A stretch of 64,000 bases of DNA from an uncultured Flavobacteriales bacterium (GTDB taxonomy: Bacteria; Bacteroidota; Bacteroidia; Flavobacteriales; UBA1820): NCBI GenBank assembly GCA_959608625.1, contig CAUHQV010000004.1, forward strand, positions 6,503 to 70,502, given 5' to 3'. Under the pieces are notes generated by a model, which had not been told where the DNA came from, made no database searches, and saw only the letters and a program-made list of their open reading frames with translations. The translations under genes and the position numbers were made by a program. Below, piece by piece: positions 18,570-25,498 of this stretch. Within the stretch, counting starts at the first letter, position 1, and every line of letters starts with the position of its first letter.

Positions 18570-19607
18570 TTACCAGCCGCCACCGCCGAACTGCCCCAGG
18601 AAATCTTCCCAGGTATCGGTCCGGTCGGCCCGGAATGCGACCTCGGTATAACCATAGAGACCGTCGGATGTGAGCCTTTCGACCACTCGACGGGTCGGTG
18701 TTAATTTGTAAGACTGGCCATCCGTCCATTTATACATGAAATACATTTCGTGCCCGTCGCGGGATTCCACATCTACGTTTACCGTAATGGATGTGCCGGC
18801 TTTGATCGTAAAAGTATGTCCTATCGTTCCGTCGTGCGGCGACACTCTTCGGGCCTTACCAGAGGGGTCTGTGAATTCTACAGTCGTCCGGTTTATATAA
18901 TCGTAAGTCGCTTCCACTTGATTATGATAAAAAACCACCGCTGTGCCGCTTTCTGGATTCTGGAGATCGTAGGGTTTGAAATGGGCGACGTAGCTTACCG
19001 GTTGATTGTCCGTAAGGGTTTCCGTGAAGGATTGTTCGAGTATTATTTTGCCGTTTCGGGTCCAGTAATTGAATTCCATGCCGGGGTTGGGATTGGCACT
19101 CACGGTAAACGGCACATCGATAAAAGCGCCCGCAGGGGTGCTGTCGAAAGAATAGGTTCCTCCGCCATCCGTTTCAAAAGTGGCATTGGCCGAAACTACA
19201 GGCTTGAATACAGGTTCGAACCAAGCGCCTTTCGACCCGGCATGATAAATGAAAGATGATTTTTTATCATTCACACGCGTCCCGGTAGAAGAAATGTTCG
19301 GTTGGGCGTCGAACTGTAGCCAGTAGTCGACTATATACCCCGAGTTCGGGATTGCGGAGACCGTTACATTGTAATTCCCGTTAAAAAACGGCACAATCAC
19401 AAAATCGGTGGACGTTACCCCATTGTAGGTCACGTTGGCATCCCCGTTACGGGGGGACACTTGATTCCGGAACCCGATACCGACTATATAGCCGTCTATG
19501 GCATCTGCAGACGCTGCATCGGGCAAACCGTTGGATTGGATTTCTGTTTTCTGGCACGATACCAGACAGGCCAGGATGAATGTGGAGAAAAACAATAATT
19601 TTTTCAT
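18570..19607 (-). CDS. surface lipoprotein with InlB B-repeat-like modules (paralogue of 13347-14096)
   Basis: Start at the internal ATG at 19607 gives MKKLLFFSTFILACLVSC with a lipobox. Repeats YNVTVSAIPNSGYIVDYW and GGGTYSFDS...FTVSANPNPGMEFNYW are present. Confidence 0.65.
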   Translation of the reverse strand: MKKLLFFSTFILACLVSCQKTEIQSNGLPDAASADAIDGYIVGIGFRNQVSPRNGDANVTYNGVTSTDFVIVPFFNGNYNVTVSAIPNSGYIVDYWLQFDAQPNISSTGTRVNDKKSSFIYHAGSKGAWFEPVFKPVVSANATFETDGGGTYSFDSTPAGAFIDVPFTVSANPNPGMEFNYWTRNGKIILEQSFTETLTDNQPVSYVAHFKPYDLQNPESGTAVVFYHNQVEATYDYINRTTVEFTDPSGKARRVSPHDGTIGHTFTIKAGTSITVNVDVESRDGHEMYFMYKWTDGQSYKLTPTRRVVERLTSDGLYGYTEVAFRADRTDTWEDFLGQFGGGGW

Positions 19608-19621
19608 GACAATTGTGTTTT
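19548..19621 (-). repeat. right copy of the 74-nt inverted repeat
   Basis: Its reverse complement matches 13333-13406 at 71 of 74 positions. Similarity falls away immediately after codon 20. Confidence 0.85.
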
Positions 19622-20107
19622 GGTTAGTAGTGTAAAAAAGTGAGCTTGAATACTTTTCCGGCGGGTATGGTTCGCTCGGATGGGAGGGAGATGATGTCAG
19701 ACTCAAAATATTTTACAGGAAATGCCTGCTATCTAATATTGTGTGTCCGGCATGAAAATACAAAATTGAAACCGGAATGTCAATGCTTACTGGAAAAAAG
19801 CTAATAAATTATTTTTCATTGCCTCCAAATAGAATATTTTAATTAGAAAAAAGAAAAATACAGAACCGTACAAAGCGTACGTAAGAAATAATACAGCCGA
19901 GACTGGCTGTTGGGATCGTATGGTTTTGCTAAAATAACAAAATATTTTTTTACAACAAAAATTATTTTTTTGGTTATAGGAAAGCACTTTCGACCAGGCC
20001 AATGGGGGTGAGAGTATATGATATAATCGGGGTAGAAACCGCGCATAGAAAAAGCTCCAAAACCACAAAAGGCGGTTTGGATACGGGATTTATTGTGTGC
20101 TTTTCAG

Positions 20108-20842
20108 TTACTGATCGGTTTTTGCCGGAGTCGGATTGGATTTCTTTGGGGCTCCTGGTTGCTTTTTGCCCAAAAACAGATTTGTCACATATACGGTCAA
20201 TATCGGGAACATAAGCATTCCCAATCCGGCCAGAAAAACAGAGAGGATACGCCCTGTAGCCGTTACGGCGTAGATATTCGATCCTACAGTGGTCACATTC
20301 ATCGAGGCCCACCAAAGTGCATCCTGGTAATCCTTCACCGCGGGATTTACATTCACTTCGAGGGCAAAAAAGGCCAAACTCGCAAAATAGACGTTCGCCA
20401 CGAGCATCAGTACGTAGGATATAAAGAGGCTGGATATTTTATTGCTTGTAAACCAGCCGACCACCATCGCTAAAGCATAGCCGCCCCGGAGCAGGGGAAT
20501 AAAGCGGATGAAATACGTAAATTCGGTATCAAAAGTCCATTGATAATGGTTAATGATACTTTGGTAGGGAATAGAAACCAGTAAAAAGAGGAAATGGGAG
20601 CGAAAATACTTCCATTTATTATCCGCCATCAGGAATTCCAGAAGGAAACAGAATAAAAACCATAAGCAGATCCAAAACTGGACTTTTAAATAGTATGATT
20701 GCTCGTAAAAGGAAATCCCTTTGAATGTGTCGAGGGAAATGCTGATCACTAAAAAAAGGCACATTAACAATATGGAAATATGTAAAACATCCGATATTCC
20801 CTTTTTATGAGATAAAATACCGCGTCCGAATATATTCTTCAT
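20108..20842 (-). CDS. ion transport (voltage-gated-like/K+ channel superfamily) protein with non-canonical pore filter
   Basis: Multi-TM protein with an S4-like RFIPLLRGG segment and a pore helix plus filter WWASMNVTTVGSN. The canonical K+ filter is TVGYG. Confidence 0.7.
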   Translation of the reverse strand: MKNIFGRGILSHKKGISDVLHISILLMCLFLVISISLDTFKGISFYEQSYYLKVQFWICLWFLFCFLLEFLMADNKWKYFRSHFLFLLVSIPYQSIINHYQWTFDTEFTYFIRFIPLLRGGYALAMVVGWFTSNKISSLFISYVLMLVANVYFASLAFFALEVNVNPAVKDYQDALWWASMNVTTVGSNIYAVTATGRILSVFLAGLGMLMFPILTVYVTNLFLGKKQPGAPKKSNPTPAKTDQ

Positions 20843-21002
20843 GATCTGCTTTTTGGTTTGGGTTTAATGGTCCGTGAATTTTTAAGACGGCGCGCCTTTT
20901 GGCATCAGAAAGATAATGAAATTTGAAGAAAGGCGCATCCTTTTTTTGAAATACTTTCGGCCATCCCCGATGAGTGCACAGCCTCCGGATTCCCCAAATA
21001 AT

Positions 21003-21030
21003 ACAACCCGTTCGCAGGGAACGGGTTGTA
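21003..21030 (-). terminator. hairpin downstream of the tRNA-CAU gene
   Basis: acaacccgtt ... aacgggttgt, a 10-bp stem immediately 3' of the tRNA on the minus strand. Confidence 0.5.
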
Positions 21031-21039
21031 TGAATCTCG

Positions 21040-21113
21040 TAGCGAGGGGGGGGCATGATCCCCCGACCTCCGGGTTATGAATCCGACGCTCTAGCCAGCT
21101 GAGCTACCTCGCC
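21040..21113 (-). tRNA. tRNA with CAU anticodon (Met or Ile2/lysidine type), non-canonical T-loop
   Basis: Hand-folded cloverleaf: GGCGAGG TA GCTC AGCTGGCTA GAGC G TCGGA TTCATAA CCCGG AGGTC GGGGG ATCATGC CCCCC CCTCGCT A. It has a G1-U72 wobble, an A31-C39 mismatch and A54/U58 in place of T54/A58. No CCA is encoded. Confidence 0.6.
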
Positions 21114-21135
21114 ATTTTCGGTTTGAAAACGATTG

Positions 21136-21143
21136 CAAAAGTA
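21136..21143 (-). promoter_or_regulatory. Bacteroidota -7 promoter element (TACTTTTG) for the tRNA-CAU gene
   Basis: TAnnTTTG match about 23 nt upstream of the tRNA 5' end. Confidence 0.45.
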
Positions 21144-21244
21144 TATAAATATTATTTTTCGGCCAAGTAAAAATGGGACTTTTTTTCTTTTTATTTGTAA
21201 TGCGAAATATATACCTTGCGCCCGTAAAACCCTAATAACCCAAT

Positions 21245-21637
21245 ATGGCAGAAAAGCAAAAATACCATATAGAATACCTTGTAAAAGCATCTGTAGAGAT
21301 GCTATATCAATATATATCCACTGCATCTGGTCTCGGTGAATGGTTTTCCGATGCGGCGGTTTCCCGGGGAAGTTCCTATACGTTCATCTGGGCGGGAAGC
21401 GAAGAAGAGGCTACACTCATCGCCCGCCGGGAAGATTCGTTGGTGCGGTTCCGCTGGAAAGCCGACGAAGGGGAGAAATATTACTTCGAAATAAAGATCG
21501 AAGAAGATGAATTGACGGGGGATGTCGCACTGACTATCACTGATTTCGCTTATCCCGAAGAACTGAATGAAGCGCGCCAGGTATGGAATAATTCCGTGGT
21601 CAATCTCCGCAATGTAATAGGGGCGCAGGTGAGCTGA
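21245..21637 (+). CDS. START-like / SRPBCC (AHSA1-like) domain protein
   Basis: 130 aa. The N-terminal pattern YLVKASVEMLYQYISTASGLGEWF resembles Bacteroidota START-like domain proteins, judged from memory. Confidence 0.55.
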   Translation: MAEKQKYHIEYLVKASVEMLYQYISTASGLGEWFSDAAVSRGSSYTFIWAGSEEEATLIARREDSLVRFRWKADEGEKYYFEIKIEEDELTGDVALTITDFAYPEELNEARQVWNNSVVNLRNVIGAQVS

Positions 21638-22311
21638 TGGGTAAGATAAAAGACATCGTAAAAGCCAATGTTCCGTTTCTGCTCCCCTGCCTTGTGTTTT
21701 GGACAGCGGCAGCGGCAGCGCTTGTTTTTTGTGATAAAGTTCCCCTACAGGTGGCCTTCAATTCGCTCCATACGCCTTTTCAGAATGATATGTGGCTGGC
21801 CGTTACCGCGCTGGGCGGATCGGTCTTTTGTATTTGTGTCCTGTTGACAGGAACGCTGTTCTCCTACCGTTATATGGTAAGCGGGATCACATCCATACTG
21901 ATTGCCATGGGGATCACGACCCTACTCAAATACGCCATCGAGATGCCGCGCCCTTCGGTTGAACTGGCCCAGGCCGGACTCTTGGGAGGAATGGATTTGG
22001 TGGAAGGGTACTCGCTCCGGGAAACGCTCAGTTTTCCTTCCGGGCATACGACTGCCGCATTCTGTTTGCTTACCACGCTGGCCCTGTTCGCGCGCCGGAG
22101 TTGGGTGAAAGTGGCATTGTTTCTCGTCGCTTTTGGGGTGGCGTATAGCCGTATTTACCTGATGCAGCACTTTCTGTCGGATGTATTGGCCGGTTCGGTG
22201 ATCGGAACGGTTACGGCAGTGATGGTCTATGCCTATGTCCGGGATGCACGCTGGATCGACTTCGGGCGGCCGCTCGTTTCTCCCCGCCTGTACGGATGGA
22301 AAAAGAAATAA
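21637..22311 (+). CDS. PAP2-family phosphatase (membrane)
   Basis: PAP2 motifs KYAIEMPRP, PSGHT and SRIYLMQHFLSDV. The start overlaps the previous stop (TGATG). Confidence 0.85.
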   Translation: MGKIKDIVKANVPFLLPCLVFWTAAAAALVFCDKVPLQVAFNSLHTPFQNDMWLAVTALGGSVFCICVLLTGTLFSYRYMVSGITSILIAMGITTLLKYAIEMPRPSVELAQAGLLGGMDLVEGYSLRETLSFPSGHTTAAFCLLTTLALFARRSWVKVALFLVAFGVAYSRIYLMQHFLSDVLAGSVIGTVTAVMVYAYVRDARWIDFGRPLVSPRLYGWKKK

Positions 22312-22375
22312 TCGGATAAATTTAAAAAATAGAAAAGGCGGGAAATCCCTGCCTTTTCTATTTTTTGTCAACGAT

Positions 22376-23266
22376 TTATACCCGACTTTTCAGCAGCCGG
22401 AGGGAATTATTTAAATAGTCTTCAAAGCGGGGATCGGACTTAAACTGCCCGATATTGATCAAGGGCTTGGTCTTTCCATGAAAATCGCTTCCGCAGGTCA
22501 TGATCGCTTTTCGCGATCGAACTAACGAAGCGAAATAGAGGATCTGATCGGTATCGTGGTAGTTGTTGAAGACCTCCAGGCCTTCTGCGCCCTTTTCCAG
22601 CAGCTCCTGGGCGATGTGTTCTTTTCCCCGGAGGTTCAGGCCCGGATGGGCCACGATCGGTATGCCTCCGTTATCTTTGATCATTTCGATCGCACTGCGG
22701 TAACTTATATAATCAATGGGCGCGAATGCGGGTTTGCCTTGGGCGAAGTAATCCAGGTAGAAATTGATATAGGGCATATCGCTTCTCTCTCCGCCTTCCA
22801 TATAGGGGGAAAGCGCCGGGGAGTGGTATTTTTCGTCCGACAGCAGGATTTCGGCGATCAATTCGCCCGTAGGCAGTTTGCCGTCCGCTGCGGCTAAAAC
22901 AGTCTGCGCATCTATGGCAAACCCCAGTTGGTTTATATTGCCTATCATTTCCGCGAACGAATCCATCGCTTTGGAAAAAACGGATTCTTCCAGCCGGAGG
23001 AAATCCGGGGACTTCCAGTCTACCCGATAGCCCAGCACGTGCAGGTCGGTACCCTTGTAATTGCAATCTATCTCGATGCCCGGTATAAAATCAATGCCTG
23101 CCAGCCGCGCTAAAGTAGCGGCTTCCTCTACGCCTTTTACCGAATTGTGATCCGTAAGGGAGAAAAAACCGACCTTCTGTTCCTGGCATTTGCCGATAAT
23201 GCCGGGAATCCCGAACTCTCCGTCGCTGCTGTAATCGGAGTGAATATGCAGATCGGTATCGACCAT
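22376..23266 (-). CDS. PHP-domain metal-dependent phosphoesterase
   Basis: N-terminal DLHIHSDYSSDG, LTDHNS and a C-terminal GSDFHG motif. Confidence 0.85.
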   Translation of the reverse strand: MVDTDLHIHSDYSSDGEFGIPGIIGKCQEQKVGFFSLTDHNSVKGVEEAATLARLAGIDFIPGIEIDCNYKGTDLHVLGYRVDWKSPDFLRLEESVFSKAMDSFAEMIGNINQLGFAIDAQTVLAAADGKLPTGELIAEILLSDEKYHSPALSPYMEGGERSDMPYINFYLDYFAQGKPAFAPIDYISYRSAIEMIKDNGGIPIVAHPGLNLRGKEHIAQELLEKGAEGLEVFNNYHDTDQILYFASLVRSRKAIMTCGSDFHGKTKPLINIGQFKSDPRFEDYLNNSLRLLKSRV

Positions 23267-23316
23267 ATTTTATTGTTTTTCGAGTGATTATTTAGGTTGT
23301 AACAATATGCGCCTTG

Positions 23317-24993
23317 TTATTCGGCCGATAAGCGGTTCTGCCGGAGCAGTTCGCGGGCGTGTTCCATGGCTGCGGCGGTAATGTCGGCCCCGCTGATCAT
23401 CTGTGCCAGCTCCGTTGTCCTTTCGTTTTCGTCTAGAACGGCTATCCGGGAAAGGGTAGTGCCGTTCTCCTCTTCCTTGAAGACTTTGTAATGCCGGTCG
23501 CCCCGCGAGGCGATCTGCGGGAGGTGGGTAATGGCGACGACCTGCATATGCCGGGACATATCCTGCATGATGCGCCCCATCCGGTCGGCGATATCGCCCG
23601 ATACGCCGGTGTCTATTTCGTCGAATACCACCGAGGGGAGATCGGCCCGGCGCGCCAGGGCGTATTTCACGGCCAGCATGATGCGCGAGAGTTCTCCTCC
23701 GGAGGCTACTTTTTCCACCTGTGCCGGCGTCTGGCCGAGGTTTGCCGAAAAAAGGAACGAGATATTGTCGGCCCCCGCTTCGGTAAAATGCCCCGCAGGC
23801 GATACTTCTACCTGGAATTCGGCGTTGGCCATCCCGAGGGAGCGCACGGTGGCCGTAATCTCGTCCGAGAGTTTTCCGGCGGCTTCCTGCCGGGCTTCGG
23901 ACAATTCTTTTGCGGCCTGTTCGAGGGCATTCCTTGCGTCCGACAGGTTTTTCTGTACGGTTTCAATCTCTTCTTCGATGTTCTCCAATCCGGATACCTC
24001 ACTGCGCAATTCTTCGCGCAGGCGGATCAGCGAAACTATATCCGGGACACCATGTTTGCGCTCGAGGGAGTAGAGGGTATCCAGCCGGGCGGAGCTGCGT
24101 TCGAGCAGATCCGGGTCGCCGTCGTTGTCCGCCAGGTAGGAGGAAACCTGTGTCGCGATATCCTTGAGTTCGATCAGGGCGCTTTCAGCCCTTTCGGCCA
24201 AGTGATCTTCGCCCGGAAAGTATTTGTCGTTCTTGCGCAGCAGGTGGTAAACCTCCGCCAGCCGGAGGAGTATGCCGGTACCTTCCGCATCCATCAGTTG
24301 GGTGATACCGAAAAGGTCGGCCGTTATCTGCTGGGCGTTTTCCAGGCGGGCGCAGAGGTTTTCCAGTTCTTCCTGTTCGTTCTCATCCTTCAGGGCTGCC
24401 TTGTCCAGTTCGTCCAGCAAATAACGGTTATAGTCCTGTGTTTTGGACAGTTCCGCTTTTCGGGTGTTCAAGAGCTCCAACCGGGATTCGAGCGTGCGGT
24501 ATCCGGCAAATGCCTTGCGGTATCGTGTAAGCAATACAGCATTGCCGGCGTATTTGTCTGCGATCCCGATCCGGTATTCGTGGCGGGACAGCAGCAGGCT
24601 TTGGTGCTGGGAATGAACGTCTACCAACAGGGAAGACAGCTCGTTCAGGGTATCCAGCAGCACGGGCGTATCGTTGACGAAAGCCCGCGATTTCCCACCT
24701 GGAAGGATTTCCCGGCGAATGATGGTCTGGGGCTCATAATCGAGGTCGTACTCCGCAAAAAAGGTTTCCATATCCCTGTCCCCGATGTCCACCGTGAGCT
24801 CTACGACACATTTGCGGTCCTTGTCGCGAAGGGCCGACAAGTCGGCGCGGGCGCCCGTAGCCAGGGCCAGGGCCCCCAGGATGATGGATTTTCCCGCCCC
24901 GGTCTCGCCGGTAAGAATGGAAAGACCGCTCGCGGGCTCCACCTGCAGGTGGTCTATCAGGGCATAGTTGGAAACGCTGAGTTTTTTTATCAT
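23317..24993 (-). CDS. recN: DNA repair protein RecN
   Basis: Walker A GETGAGKSI, long coiled-coil middle region, C-terminal ASGGELSRIMLA signature and VFDEIDTG Walker B. The start is taken at MIKKLSVSNY (24993), downstream of the -7 box at 25025-25032. Confidence 0.93.
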   Translation of the reverse strand: MIKKLSVSNYALIDHLQVEPASGLSILTGETGAGKSIILGALALATGARADLSALRDKDRKCVVELTVDIGDRDMETFFAEYDLDYEPQTIIRREILPGGKSRAFVNDTPVLLDTLNELSSLLVDVHSQHQSLLLSRHEYRIGIADKYAGNAVLLTRYRKAFAGYRTLESRLELLNTRKAELSKTQDYNRYLLDELDKAALKDENEQEELENLCARLENAQQITADLFGITQLMDAEGTGILLRLAEVYHLLRKNDKYFPGEDHLAERAESALIELKDIATQVSSYLADNDGDPDLLERSSARLDTLYSLERKHGVPDIVSLIRLREELRSEVSGLENIEEEIETVQKNLSDARNALEQAAKELSEARQEAAGKLSDEITATVRSLGMANAEFQVEVSPAGHFTEAGADNISFLFSANLGQTPAQVEKVASGGELSRIMLAVKYALARRADLPSVVFDEIDTGVSGDIADRMGRIMQDMSRHMQVVAITHLPQIASRGDRHYKVFKEEENGTTLSRIAVLDENERTTELAQMISGADITAAAMEHARELLRQNRLSAE

Positions 24994-25024
24994 CGGATAG
25001 GGATGAGGAACGTTTTTCGTTACC

Positions 25025-25032
25025 CAAAGATA
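25025..25032 (-). promoter_or_regulatory. Bacteroidota -7 promoter element (TATCTTTG) for recN
   Basis: TAnnTTTG on the minus strand about 32 nt upstream of the 24993 ATG. Confidence 0.45.
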
Positions 25033-25179
25033 GTGTACTTTTTGCAAACGCATAGGAGGCTTTTGATTTTTTTATAGTCGATAACAAAATATCATCATAT
25101 ATAACATTTTGATATTCAGGAAACTAAAATATTAACGCAAAAAAATCAGGGGTGATTGCTTTTTTATGGAATATTGTCC

Positions 25180-25187
25180 TATATTTG
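25180..25187 (+). promoter_or_regulatory. Bacteroidota -7 promoter element (TATATTTG) driving a non-coding transcript or leader
   Basis: Exact TAnnTTTG match in the recN-dnaB divergent intergenic region. Confidence 0.45.
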
Positions 25188-25194
25188 TGGTGTT

Positions 25195-25416
25195 GGTGTA
25201 CGGGATACAGGGTGTCGGAAAACACCGGTCCGGAAACTAACAGTCCTAACAACTAACATCAATTTTGTTTTTTGATTTTTTATACAACACACACAACTGG
25301 ATTTTAAAGTTACTATGGATTAGAGGGCGGCATTTTACTTCAGTATTTCCTTCGTTTCGTCTATGACGCCCTAGAGAGAATGTACACCCGGAGAGAAAAC
25401 TCCGGGTGTATTTTTT
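25195..25416 (+). ncRNA. candidate ~220-nt small RNA or terminator-containing dnaB leader (family not recognised)
   Basis: Bounded by the -7 box at 25180-25187 and a strong intrinsic terminator at 25383-25416. No credible ORF lies inside. Confidence 0.3.
25383..25416 (+). terminator. strong plus-strand intrinsic terminator upstream of dnaB
   Basis: 11-bp stem tacacccggag/ctccgggtgta, 6-nt loop, followed by T6. There is no U-tract in the opposite orientation. Confidence 0.7.
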
Positions 25417-25498
25417 ACGTATACGTATGTGGAAAAGTTGTTAGCAACAAATTTCCCCGCTCCGGGATTTCCCCGGAAAAAACCGTAGCTTTACCCTC

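Noticed and set aside
18540-21113. A possible integrated island using the CAU tRNA as its attachment site, suggested by the AT-rich stretch next to the tRNA 3' end.
   Set aside because: The window has no integrase, excisionase or mobilisation gene. I found no direct repeat of the tRNA 3' end at a plausible distal boundary; the weak similarity near 19681-19700 is not convincing.
23491-25077. Long antisense ORFs opposite recN (23491-25077). The same situation occurs opposite dnaB (25415-26521), pepD (39518-41092), copA (5220-6371), the DUF4876-like gene (33165-34649), pldA (41258-41974), the permease (60102-61196) and pyrG (61695-62576).
   Set aside because: Each overlaps a gene with strong family motifs on the other strand and shows no motifs of its own. 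Genuine overlapping genes of this size would be extraordinary, and nothing in the sequence supports them.
25195-25290. SRP (4.5S) RNA-like string accggtccggaaac in the recN-dnaB spacer.
   Set aside because: It only partly resembles the GGUCCGGAAGGAAGC domain IV core. The GGAA tetraloop is not closed by the required stem, and the symmetric and asymmetric loop motifs are missing.
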